A stretch of 64,000 bases of DNA from Eledone cirrhosa (taxonomy: Eukaryota), in NCBI GenBank assembly GCA_964016885.1, contig OZ024758.1, positions 7,006,001-7,070,000 on the forward strand, written 5' to 3'. Under the pieces are notes generated by a model, which saw only the letters and a program-made list of their open reading frames with translations, had not been told where the DNA came from and searched no databases. Each line of letters begins with the position of its first letter. The stretch's first letter is position 1. Made by a program: the position numbers and the translations under genes. Positions 13,616 to 26,228 of the stretch are shown here, piece after piece.

Positions 13616-13673
13616 ACACTATATATATTTCAATGGCCTGTTTATGCAAGATCCTGGAGACATCATCAGGTGT
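13616..13673 (-). ncRNA. Type I hammerhead ribozyme motif (weak stem II)
   Basis: Minus strand: acac-CTGATGA-tgtctcc...ggccatt-GAAA-t(atat)a-TA-gtgt; same family as 60790-60842. Confidence 0.6.
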
Positions 13674-13818
13674 GGATTGCATAGTTATTTAATCAATAAA
13701 ACGAATTACGGCAAACACAAGCAGAGAATAGAGAAAAATATTTGATTTGGAGGTGGCCCACGAAATTGGTGTTATTGTGGCAACAGACCATCTCCAAATA
13801 TGTTGTATGTATGTATGT

Positions 13819-13854
<36 letters not shown>

Positions 13855-16815
13855 TACTCTATTACGTGTTCCGACCAAGAGGCTGTGGCCATGCTGGGGC
13901 ACTGCCATATATATATATATATATAGTTGTATGCAATGACAAATTTCTCCTTTTTATATTACCTATATACATATGTCACTTTTCCAGATTACTGTTCTAG
14001 AATTTATGACAAAATACTTTAATCCTCTTCACCATGAAATGTTCAATTTGATAAAAAGAAGCTTATAACTTCTTATTATCAAACTAAGTGCCTAAATCAA
14101 CTTCTTGAAAAGCTAAACCTTTTGGTGACTTTTTTTTTTTCTTTTTGCTTGTAAAAATGCGAGATTTTCTTAACTCTCCTTCTGTTTTCCAATATCCTCT
14201 GACACCATGACAGATTCCTTCCCATTTCGCTTTTAGTTTATTTATTGTACAATATCTCTGATGTATATTAAGGCATGCACTAAGCAGATGAAGTATATAA
14301 TATAGTTATATATATATAGATATATAGATATGTATGTATATAGATATGTATGTATATAGATATATATGTATGTATATAGATATATATATATATATGTATG
14401 TATATAGATATATATATATGTATGTATATAGATATATATATATGTATGTATATAGATATATATATATATGTATGTATATAGATATATATATATGTATGTG
14501 TGTGTCCTTTACCCTCCCTCTTGCAGACTTAAGTAAAATATATGCTTCCCCTTTTTTATTCTTTAAAGAAAATATTTATTACCTTTTTTTTTTTTCATTC
14601 AATAATTTACTGCTGCTGTTGTTGTTGTTGTTGGCAAGGCCATATATAGATGGGTACAGGTCTTCGACTACTCAGCTACTATTTGGAACCTCAGTAAAAG
14701 ATGTTTTTGCTTCACACAGAAATATAGGTGCTCAATACATTGTTGTGTTAGAAGCATACAGATTCTATTGTGTGTATTTTCGGTTCTCGAATAATCATCC
14801 CCTCCCCTCCCATACACACACACATTAATTAATATTTCAGATACCCTTCGCTGTTATTCCATGCCTTGCTTATTAAATTTTACTATTCTATCTCCAGTGA
14901 AATCTTATTTTAATAGCATTCCTGCGACAATTTTCTTTATACATAAAAAACATACATGACAAAAAAAAAAAGAACCTTACAAGATATTCCCTACATTATA
15001 AAATAAATAGGATGGGTTGGGGTCTCAATATGTAAACTACCGTATTTCCTGGCGCCAAAGACGTTTCGTCCTCGAGGACGCACCCTAATTTTGACAACCG
15101 AAAATTTGAAAAAAAAATAATAAACAACCTTTGGCCTCCAGGACTCATGGTAGATTTTTTTAGACTTATTTTAGGAAAAAAGTAGTCTTCGATGCCGGGA
15201 AGTCTGGTAAATAACTAATTCTGTTTTTTTTTTTTTTGTTTTTTTAAAAATCAACTGAGGTAACCTAGAAAAATTATCACCCCACCCCACCCCATTATGT
15301 GGGATCCGTGTGTATGTCATGTGCAAAGGAAACAGGATTACAGATATATAACTTAATGGTTCTGTGCAATCAACTAAAAATTCTATAATATTTTTCTATT
15401 AAAATTATATTAATCAGTATACATTTATTGATACAAGGTATTTGTCATGATGTAAGATTTTGAAATAAAAATGTTTTACTGTCTTATATCATATGTATGT
15501 GTATATGTATGTATGTATGTATATATATAATAGATGTGGATTTTTGTACTCGGGCAGTATTTTGTGTGCTAAACTAGGAAGATACTGGCGGTTTCAATTG
15601 ATGAAATTGCGAGTACTTTAACGCTTTCAAATATTAATCTGTCGATACAATAATTACACTGTTTTCATAGCTTAGGCTTCTGGCTGGGAATGCTGTATTA
15701 CAAGTAATCCTATGCATGTGCTCCAAAGGAATTTGTTGGGCAAATTGTAAAAGAGATCAAAATCACTGGGTATTGATCTAAACCCTTATTATACACACAC
15801 CACACCACACACACACCACACACCACACACCACACACCACACACCACACACCACACACCACACACCACACACCACACACCACACACACACACACGCACAC
15901 ATATTAGAATATGTGTTTAAAATACCATACATGTTAGCAGAGTATAAGGTTCATTTTCTTCAGAAAAATATGTCAGTGCTATAGAAGTTTTGCCATTGAT
16001 GTCTTCTTCAAACTATGGACATCAATAGCAGTTTCTTCTTCAGAAAATATATATACATATATATGTGTGTTTGTATGTATGTACATGAAACCTATATAAG
16101 TGAATATGTGTTATAAAGAATAAGGGTTTAAATGTTTTAGTCATAAGATGCTTCCAGATTTTCAGAATTTCATAAAAAATATATAGAGTTCAGTTTGATT
16201 GCTATATTTACACAATTAACCGTCTTTCAATGGTTCCTGTCTAGAAAAGAGATTACAGTAAACTAATACTTAAAAAATATATAAAAATAAAATCGACATT
16301 CCTTCCAAAAACAGGACATTTATTAAATAATGTGCCTGAATTTACTCGGTTTAGTGCTTGCCTCCATTGCTGGACCCTGTCCTATCAACCCATACCACTC
16401 TTGATCAATAAAACCCTGTCTGTTGGTATCCTTTGCCATAATAACAAACTGGAATCATTTTTTAAAATAATTTTTGCCGTCTTCCCTTTTTTTTTTTTTT
16501 CAAATACTTTTTTACTATTCAAGTGCCAGAGATGGGCAGGGAGTGGTTAAAAGGTTTGACAGAACAAAAATAAAGGTCCTTTCAGTGGAATTTTTTTTTT
16601 TTTTTTTTTTTGTATTTTGTCTTTTATCACTGACTTGCTTCTCCATATCTAAACATTTAATATTATCATGTTTTCAAGCTATCTGAATATCCACAGACTT
16701 TTATGACATAAGACCAAATGTAAATAAGAATTCCAATAATAAATAAAATTATTTTTCTTTGTTTATTTCTTTCTTTTTTTCATTTTATACTCATATTTTC
16801 TTCATTGCTTTAGAC

Positions 16816-17214
16816 CAGGCATGGTCAACCTTTTTCGAGAAGCAGGCCACATGATATGGCTCATCATTAGGTGGGCCACATGATATGGCCCATCATCGGG
16901 CGGGCCACATGATATGGCTCATCATCAGGCGGGCCGCATGAGATATGGCTCATCATCAGGTGGGCCACATGAAATGGCTCATCACCAGGCTAATTTACAT
17001 TCGTACCCACATTAAAAAAAAAAAAAAAGGGTGGTAACTCGGGTTGTTTTGATTTGTTTCTTCAAAATTCAAACACATTGTTTTCCTTGATCGTAAAAAT
17101 GGTAGAAAGATGAATTACGACTGAAAAGTTGGGTAAAAACAATTAGATTTCACTTGGGTGACTTAGGCGAGCTATTCAGAAAGCTTCGCGGGCTGCAAGT
17201 TGCCCATGACTTTG
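16816..17214. mobile_element. hAT-like MITE with an internal 29-31-bp tandem repeat
   Basis: caggcatggtcaacct ... aagttgcccatgact; five gggccacatgatatggctcatcatcagg-type units at 16844-16990. Confidence 0.55.
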
Positions 17215-18267
17215 GTTTAAATGCTAAAGGGTTAATCTAGTCATATTGGGCCAGAATTCTTTCACCTCTTTCTGTTCAAATAGGCCATAACTGGCCACTC
17301 ATACTTATGTTAAGGTATTGTTCTCAAAATTAATATCAAAATCTCATAGATTCAATATTATGTGAGATAATTATGTAAAATAAAGGGTTTACCGTGAAAA
17401 TATAATAGTAAATATAGAGTAATGTAAATGCTAAAGGGTTAAGCAGAGCTATATTGAAGTGTTTTAGCTGTGATTATCCTGTCTTCTTTTTCAGATGAAG
17501 TGTGTCTAGGACAACTTTATCCTTCCTAAGACCGGAAAGCTTTGCTAGGGTGTGCTAGTAAAAACAGTAATGAATAAAATACCTTACAGAATTTAGTTAA
17601 TACCACCCTAGTAAAATAGGAATTAAAGGGGTCCATAGGTAAAAAAAAGGGGGGTGGAGATCCACTTATCTAAACGTTGTTGTAGAATAACAGAAAAGAT
17701 CGAGGAGGATAATGCAAGAGTTGCTTCCCTTACATTTCAGTATTTATATGATTAATACTTTATGGTGTTTAAATACGTTTTTTTTTAATTTTTTTTTTTT
17801 TTATTAAATGTTATATAAGTGTTTTGCTGTACAGTGCGAGCTATATAGGCCACATTCAATCAATTTTTGTCGAGTAATATTTCCCTTTCCACGTCATGAA
17901 AGGCAAGAAAAACACCAAATTCAATAACATACCGTTTAGACTATGTATTAGGTGTCCTATTACACCTATATTTTGTGATGTCTTTGCTATATTATGCTAT
18001 ATATGCCTAATACCTTTGCTTTTTTAAACCATATTATTCTGTATATACCTAATACCTCTGCATTCTTACTGTCTATATGCCTATGTACCACTAATGTCCC
18101 CCTTTGCAAGTAACTTTCTTTTATAATCTGTATTATACCCATTGCTACTGACCACAGCATCTTCACTCTCTTTGAATATGACACTATTGATAGCAACAAT
18201 AATATCAACATATCTTTAGGATTGTTCTGTAGAATAGGAATTTAATTATATGCTTAAGCTTTGCCAA

Positions 18268-18314
18268 TGCTCCGATGATTCCAAACGTTTTTTTGGAAGA
18301 AACGATTGTCATCA
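18268..18314 (+). ncRNA. Degenerate type I hammerhead motif (CCGATGA)
   Basis: tgct-CCGATGA-ttccaaa(cgtttt)tttggaa-GAAA-c(gatt)g-TC-atca; perfect 7-bp stem II, one core substitution, AATAAA immediately after. Confidence 0.55.
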
Positions 18315-18835
18315 ATAAAATGTATTAAACATAGTTTTCATTGTTCTGTACTTTATATATATTAGATATTAATTTAACAATGAAAATAGTAACAACAAAG
18401 TCGAGTTATTTTACCAAGTCACATTGTTTTATGATCGTTTCAGAGAGTTGATCATATTGCCTAATCTATAGCAGTTATATAACTATATTCTATCAGACTT
18501 CATATATAGGTTCGATCAGACCGTCTTCGTCGGAGCGAGGTATGGCGTCGCCAACTCTGGTCTGATTTGCCTCCTGGCGTTAACGAGCCATCTAACCCAT
18601 GGAAAAAATGGATGCTAAATGGATGATATATATATATTGACGAGGATCAGCTGAAAAGTTCACAGGCTGATCAAGATACTCTCATGGAATGGCCAAATGA
18701 TGTTTATTTTTCAACATAGTCCCTGCAAAGAAACAATACACTTAATAATAAGAGATGAAATTAATGCATGTAAGATTTCACAGCTTTAGCATCACTCATT
18801 CGCAGTCAGCCAGCCTATGAACTTATGTTCCTGAT

Positions 18836-20181
18836 ATATATCCCCTGCCAGCAGAGAAAGCTGGACACACTCCACAATATACGACCAGATGTCACCCACG
18901 CCCTACATATATCCCCTGCCAGCAGAGAAAGCTGGACACACTCCACAATATACAACCAGATGTCACCCACACCCTACATATATCCCCTGCCAGCAGAGAA
19001 AGCTGGACACACTCCACAATATACAACCAGATGTCACCCACGCCCTACATATATCCCCTGCCAGCAGAGAAAGCTGGACACACTCCACAATATACGACCA
19101 GATGTCACCCACACCCTACATATATCCCCTGCCAGCAGAGAAAGCTGGACACACTCCACAATATACGACCAGATGTCACCCACACCCTACATATATCCCC
19201 TGTCAGCAGAGAAAGCTGGACACACTCCACAATATACGACCAGATGTCACCCACGCCCTACATATATCCCCTGCCAGCAGAGAAAGCTGGACACACTCCA
19301 CAATATACAACCAGATGTCACCCACGCCCTACATATATCCCCTGTCAGCAGAGAAAGCTCGACACACTCCACAATATACAACCAGATGTCACCCACACCC
19401 TACATATATCCCCTGCCAGCAGAGAAAGCTGGACACACTCCACAATATACGACCAGATGTCACCCACGCCCTACATATATCCCCTGCCAGCAGAGAAAGC
19501 TGGACACACTCCACAATATACGACCAGATGTCACCCACGCCCTACATATATCCCCTGCCAGCAGAGAAAGCTGGACACACTCCACAATATACGACCAGAT
19601 GTCACCCACGCCCTACATATATCCCCTGCCAGCAGAGAAAGCTGGACACACTCCACAATATACGACCAGATGTCACCCACGCCCTACATATATCCCCTGC
19701 CAGCAGAGAAAGCTGGACACACTCCACAATATACGACCAGATGTCACCCACGCCCTACATATATCCCCTGCCAGCAGAGAAAGCTGGACACACTCCACAA
19801 TATACAACCAGATGTCACCCACACCCTACATATATCCCCTGTCAGCAGAGAAAGCTGGACACACTCCACAATATACAACCAGATGTCACCCACACCCTAC
19901 ATATATCCCCTGCCAGCAGAGAAAGCTGGACACACTCCACAATATACGACCAGATGTCACCCACGCCCTACATATATCCCCTGCCAGCAGAGAAAGCTGG
20001 ACACACTCCACAATATACGACCAGATGTCACCCACGCCCTACATATATCCCCTGCCAGCAGAGAAAGCTGGACACACTCCACAATATACGACCAGATGTC
20101 ACCCACGCCCTACATATATCCCCTGTCAGCAGAGAAAGCTCGACACACTCCACAATATACAACCAGATGTCACCCACACCC
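18836..20181. repeat. 71-bp tandem array, about 19 copies
   Basis: Unit atatatcccctgccagcagagaaagctggacacactccacaatatacgaccagatgtcacccacgccctac; four variable positions seen. Confidence 0.95.
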
Positions 20182-20508
20182 TTCAAGACCACGTACCCTT
20201 GTCTATCTCCTGCCAGTAATGCACTAGGATAAATTTAATCAACTTACCCCTCCCCCAAAATTACTGGCCTTGTGCCTAAATCAGACACCATTATTGACAG
20301 AATTGGTAGAGCATTGGACACCATGCTTTGCAGCATAGAGTTATGGCCCTTTACGTTCTGAATTCAAACCTGCCGAGGTTAACTTTGTCTTTCATATTTA
20401 CGGGGTCAATAAAATAAAGTACCAGTAATGCACTGAGGTAATTGCTGGCCTTGTGCCTAAAGTAGAAACAATTATTATTATTATTATTATTTTCTGTCCT
20501 AAAAATAG

Positions 20509-20700
20509 GGCGGTGGATTGGCAGCATCGGTAGAGGGTCGGACGCCAAGCTTTGACGCATGGAGTTACAGCCCTTGCCATTCTGAGTTCAAATCCCGCCG
20601 AGGTTAACTTTACCTTTCATCCTTACCGGGTCGATAAAATAAAGTACCAGTAATACACTGGGTAATTGCTGGCCTTGTGCCAAAAGTTGAAACAATTATT
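20509..20700 (+). mobile_element. tRNA-derived SINE, family A (representative copy)
   Basis: A box tggcagcatcgg, B box gagttcaaatcc, (ATT)n-type tail, flanking duplication ttttctgtcctaa. Other copies near 7374-7558, 20297-20490, 22745-22932(-), 23884-24073(-), 27770-28005(-), 29575-29770, 34885-35013, 45638-45822 and 56320-56530. Confidence 0.85.
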
Positions 20701-20914
20701 TTCTGTCCTAATATTGCAGACTCCTTGTTTGGTGCATAAACTTGCACCACACACAGATATATATCATATAAACTTGCATCAGCCACAGAGACCTATATAT
20801 ATATCCTGCTAGCATGGAAAGTGGGCATTAAACGATGATGATGATGTACATCTAGCAAATTTCACTCAAAAAGCATTGGTCAGCCAAAGACTGTAGTAGA
20901 AGGCATACGTTTAA

Positions 20915-21121
20915 CCCTTTAGTATTTATACTATTGTATTTTCAGGGTAAACACTTTATCTCACATAATTATCTCACTTAATATCGAATCTACAAAATCT
21001 TGATATTATTTATTTTGAGAACAATACCTTAACATAAGTATGCGTGGCTGGTTACAGCCAGTTTGAACAGAAAGAGGTGAGAGAATTCTGGCCGGATATG
21101 GCCAGTTTAAATGTTAAAGGG
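20915..21121. mobile_element. piggyBac-like MITE (TTAA target, CCCTTTAG termini)
   Basis: ttaa|ccctttagtattta ... taaatgttaaaggg|ttaa; related copies at 56801-57002 and approximately 17218-17442, 24590-24822 and 49770-49976. Confidence 0.7.
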
Positions 21122-21731
21122 TTAAGATGCCATGCTATGGTAAAAACCATTTGACTAAAACCAAATAGTGGTGAAGCAAAACTTGTTAACCACAGAGCTG
21201 AATGTGCTAGTCATAGCAGTGAAATCTCCCTCAGATCACATCCTAAATTGATGACACATTACCATCTACTACTAGAACAGGAAGCTAAGCCATTAAATTG
21301 ACTATACATGCCTAACACTATAGACTTGTGCTTAGATTAGAAAGTACAGGCCTATGCATATGATTATGTGTAGATGCAACTGTAAAAGTCCTATTGAAAC
21401 AAACAGATTTATTCATAAAAATTACTTAACAAGCTGCAGAGCAAATGACTTAAAGGACATAACAATTTTTTGAGAGTAAAGTTAGAAACACTTCAATAAA
21501 ATACTTAATATATATTACCAAGGAAGTGTGTCAAGATATGTAAGTGTGTACCACCACATACATATATGTGTATATGTATATATATATATATAGTATGCTA
21601 GGGAAAGGATCAGGGGTGTATAACACTCCACTTATCCAGCAGGCAGTATGAGGTTAGCTCAATGTAAGGACAGAGCCGTAATATAATAAATAAATAACAA
21701 AGAACGCTTATAGCATATGCATATCTTTACT

Positions 21732-21777
21732 TGCTAACATTGTTTCATCCGCACTATAAGTGGGACTCATCAGAGCA
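21732..21777 (-). ncRNA. Type I hammerhead ribozyme motif
   Basis: Minus strand: tgct-CTGATGA-gtcccac(ttata)gtgcggat-GAAA-c(aat)g-TT-agca. Confidence 0.72.
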
Positions 21778-21950
21778 TAAAGGTTAATTACATACCATAC
21801 AAACAATAACAAATCCAAGACATTGAAGAATGAAAGGTAATAATAGACGAAAGAGGATAAGAATAAAAATAAAAATAAAAATAAAAGTCTGAACAAAAAA
21901 AAATGGCGTAGACATACAACACAACAGGAGGAACAATGAATATAACACCA

Positions 21951-21984
21951 CTGACGATGTTGCAGATGTGCAACGAAAGATTTA
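21951..21984 (+). ncRNA. Hammerhead-like core (stems I and III degenerate)
   Basis: CTGACGA-t-gttgca(gatg)tgcaac-GAAA; perfect 6-bp stem II, poor stem I. Confidence 0.4.
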
Positions 21985-22204
21985 TGTAAATTATGTAAAC
22001 TATATATATGTGTTTGTGTCTATATTGTATCTGTATTATTTTTGACCGCCGGTCAGTCAATGGCAACATTGAGGACCGAGTAAGTTAGATCGCAGATATA
22101 TATATATAAAAGACAGCGAGAAGCGAAAACCAACCAAACAGTGAGTGTGTTCTGTTATTAATTCTGGCAATATTACGCAAATATGACCCTCCCCAAATAT
22201 AACA

Positions 22205-22250
<46 letters not shown>

Positions 22251-22360
22251 TAGAACTAGCTGTCGAAACGGTCAGAGCTCAGCCGTCGGGGGGTCCTGAC
22301 TCTTTTCCCATATATATATAATACATATACATACGCACACACATATATGTATGTATATAT

Positions 22361-22706
22361 GGAGGCACATGGCTTAGTGGTTAGAGCATTGGCCTTGCAA
22401 TCGAAAGGTTGTCAGTTCAATTCTCAGACCGGGTGATGTGTTGTTTCCTTGAGCAAGACACTTTATTTCACATTGCTCCAGTTTACTCAGCTGTAGAAAT
22501 GAGATGACAGGGACTGGGGTCCATATCATTCCACTGTAAAGTGGTTGTGGAGGTGCCACGGCAAAAGAGCACCCAGCACTCACTGTAAATGAGGTTGGTG
22601 TTAGGAAGGGCATCCAGCTGTAGAAATCAAGCCAGAATCAGTTCCCGTCCCACCCTTGCAAGCAGGGAAAAGCGAACGTAAAATGTTGATGATGATGATG
22701 ATGATG

Positions 22707-22708
<2 letters not shown>
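22361..22708 (+). mobile_element. tRNA-derived SINE, family B, ending in an RTE-like (GAT)n tail
   Basis: A box tggcttagtgg, B box agttcaattc, core ccttgagcaagacactt; near-identical inverse copy at about 54965-55301; relatives at about 34290-34570(-), 39920-40145(-), 42710-43147 and 55330-55608(-). Confidence 0.8.
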
Positions 22709-22743
<35 letters not shown>

Positions 22744-22988
22744 GTTGTTTCTATTTTAGGCACAAGGCCAGCAATTACCCAGTACATTACTGGTACTTTA
22801 TTTTATCGACCCCGTAAGGATGAAAGGCAAAGTTAACCTCGGCGGGATTTGAACTCAGATCATAAAGGGACGTAACTCTATGCTTCAAAGCATGGTGTCC
22901 GACTCTCTACCGATACTGCCAATCCACCGCCCTTATATATATAGTGACGAAACATAAGTCAATTGCATGAACTCATAATCCTTTATTT

Positions 22989-23044
22989 ACTGCTATATAT
23001 ATTTCGATGATAGCCATTGAGTGGCTATGACCTCATCAGGCAGT
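22989..23044 (-). ncRNA. Type I hammerhead ribozyme motif (best preserved copy)
   Basis: Minus strand: actgc-CTGATGA-ggtcatagcca(ctcaa)tggctatcatc-GAAA-t(atat)a-TA-gcagt; all core nucleotides, 5-bp stem I, G-C closing pair of stem II. Confidence 0.82.
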
Positions 23045-23120
23045 TAGTCAGTTCTTAGATATGCCAGCTCTGTGTTTATGGTGTTGATTGTTTATGGTAT
23101 TGATACATATACATACATAT

Positions 23121-23167
<47 letters not shown>

Positions 23168-24061
23168 CATAGACACACATATATGTATGTGTGTGTATAT
23201 ATATATATACATATACATATACATACACACACATATATGTATGTGTGTGTATATATATATATTTATACATATACACACATATATGTATGTATATTTATAT
23301 ATATATATATATATATACATACATATATGTGTGTGTATATGTATAAATATATATATATATATACACACACATAAATATATGTGTGTGTATGTATACATAC
23401 ACACACATATATGTATGTGTGTGTATATATATATATATATTTATACATATACACACACATATATGTATGTATATTTATATATATATATATATATTTATAT
23501 ATATACATACACACACATACACATGTATATGTGAGTGTGTGTATGTGTATGTGTGTGTGTGTGTATATGTATGTGAGTATGTGTGTATGTGTGTGTGCAA
23601 ATGTGTGTGTGTGTAAGTGTGTATGTGTGTGTGCAAATGTGTGTGTGTGTGTACGTGTGTATGTGCGTGTGTGTGTGTGTGCACCTAATCTAGAGCTGAA
23701 GGAGAGGCGGATAAAATCCAATAAACGTAATATATCGCAGATATGTGTCACCGTACATATGTGACTATGTATGCACAAACACATGTAAATCAAATGTTAC
23801 ATCGAATCAGCTTCCTCATCTTCTTCTCCCCCCCCCCCCCTCCTCCTCAGATCACATGTTTAGATATCTTAGATATATAGATAATAATTGTTTCTACTTT
23901 AGGCACAAGGCCAGCAATTACCCAGTGCATTACTGGTACTTTATTTTATCGACCCCGTAAGGATGAAAGGCAAAGTTAACCTCGACGGGATTTGAACTCA
24001 GACCGTAAAGGGACGTAACTATGCTGGAAAGCATGGCGTCCGACCCTCTACCGATACTGCC

Positions 24062-24280
24062 AATCCACCGCCCTATATATAGATAATAATATATTATCCA
24101 CTGCCCTATATATAGATAATAATATATTATCCACTGCCCTATATATAGATAATAATATATTATCCACCGTCCTATATATAGATAATAATATATTATCCAC
24201 TGCCCTATATATAGATAATAATATATTATCCACCGTCCTATATATAGATAATAATATATTATCCACTGCCCTATATATAG
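24062..24280. repeat. 33-bp tandem repeat at a SINE 5' junction, about 6 copies
   Basis: Unit atccac(t/c)g(c/t)cctatatatagataataatatatt. Confidence 0.85.
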
Positions 24281-25669
24281 ATATATAGATAATACTAATA
24301 ATCAAATTATTGTGTACAGTGCTCAGGTGCACTACAACTCATCAAAGGTGCTTGTATAGTACATAGAAAAATATACAAATGTCAGGAAAGTGAACAGTGT
24401 ATGAGTCCAAAGGTTAAAATTCTTTTCTGCAGTGCAGTTGTCACATTGTTTTGTCCACTTTTTATGTAGTTTTTATCATTCTGATATTTTCCACTCTATA
24501 TTAAAGTTTCTTCCATTGTCTTACAGTTGCCAGATGTGTCTTGGCAATTTTCTGGAATCTTTGCTGATGTGCTTCATTGTAATAGCATTGTTTAGCATTC
24601 AAACCGGCCAGAACTGGCCAGAACTGGCCAGAATTCTCTCACCTCTTTCTGTTCAAACTGGCTGTAACCGGCCCCTCATACTGATGTTATGGTATTGTTC
24701 TCAAAATAAATAATATCAAAATCTCATAGATTCAATATTATGTGAAATAATTATGTGAGGTAAAAACTTTACTGCGGAAATACAATAGTAAATATAGAGT
24801 AATGCAAATGTTAAAGGGTTAAATTTGAGTGATTCTAAGTGTTGTTTATATTTCCTTTCAGTCTCCTACCTCATAACCATTCACTGCATCTGCTGGTACA
24901 GACATGTCCTTCGCCTACCACCAGATCATTCTACCAAGTCCTTACTCTCATTTGACACATCAGTGGAGGGCTGGAAGCGGCCCCGCACCAGATGGCTGGA
25001 CAGTTCAGATGACCAGATTCCGCTCATCTGTTCCATTTTTGCATGGTTTCTATGACTGAATTCCTTTCCTAATGCCAACCACTGTACAGAGTGTCTATTT
25101 TATTACACCACCAACATTACCACACTATAGAGTGTACTGAGAGCACTACCATTTTACAGAGTGTACTGGGTGTTTTTTATTGTGGCACCAGCACTACCAT
25201 TTTACAGAGTGGACTGGGTGTTTTTTATTGTGGCACCAGCACTACCATCTTACAGAGTGGACTAGGTGTTTTTTTTATTATGGCACCAGCACTACCATCT
25301 TACAGAGTGGACTGGGTGTTTTTTTTATTGTGGCACCAGCACTACCATTTTACAGAGTGGACTGGGTGTTTTTTATTGTGGCACCAGCACTACCATCTTA
25401 CAGAGTGGACTGGGTGTTTTTTTTATTGTGGCACCAACACTACCACTTTACAAAGTGTAATGAGGGCATTTTATCATGACATCAGCACTACCAATTGTTT
25501 TAAAAACAAGATTGATTTTGTGGCATTATGTAATTAATTAAGTGTTTGAAGTAGTATCCTGTTAATAATCAATTATTTGTGTTGATTGTTTGTATTAAAA
25601 ACATTCAGTTTGCCACCAAAGTAAGCCACATACTTGGAAGAAATTGTTTGTTAGACCTGGTGAGGAATA

Positions 25670-26228
25670 TCATCATCATCATCATCTTTTAACGTCCATG
25701 TTCCACGCTAGCATGGGTTAGACGGATTTGTCCCATTTAGAGGCAAGTTGGGTCGGGTGACCGTATCTCGCTCATATAGGACTGTTTCTGGCTGGTTTTC
25801 TACGACTGGATGGCCTGCCCAACGCCAGCCACATTTACAGTGTGGGCTGGGTGCTTTTTGCCGTGTCTTTTACATGACCACTTTACAGTGTGTGCTGGGT
25901 GCTTTTTGTCATGTCACCTACACAACCACTTTACAGTGTGTGCTGGGTACTTTTTGCCGTATCTTTTACACGACCACTTTACAGTGTGGGCTGGGTGCTT
26001 TTTGCCGTATCTTTTACATGACCACTTTACAGTGTGGGCTGGGTGCTTTTTGTCGTGACACCTACACAACCACTTTACAGTGTGGGCTGGGTGCTTTTTG
26101 CCGTGTCTTTTATGCGACCACTTTACAGTGTGGGCTGGGTGCTTTTTTGCCGTGTCTTTTATACGACCAGTTTACAGTGGGGCTGGGTGATTTTTGACGT
26201 GACACCTACAAAGCCACTTTACAGTGTA
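25670..26228 (-). mobile_element. SINE-like element with RTE-type 3' tail and internal 48-bp tandem repeat
   Basis: (CAT)n-tttaacgtccatgttccacgctagcatggg followed by about 8 copies of ccactttacagtgtgggctgggtgcttttt...; similar elements near 25140-25460, 26515-26870 and 35035-35548. Confidence 0.65.

Noticed and set aside
18836-20181. CRISPR-like array or repeat-protein gene
   Set aside because: Units are contiguous with no unique spacers, the context is eukaryotic, and the ORFs follow from a stop-free unit.
22361-22440. tRNA gene
   Set aside because: A and B boxes are present but there is no intact cloverleaf; it is the head of a multicopy SINE.
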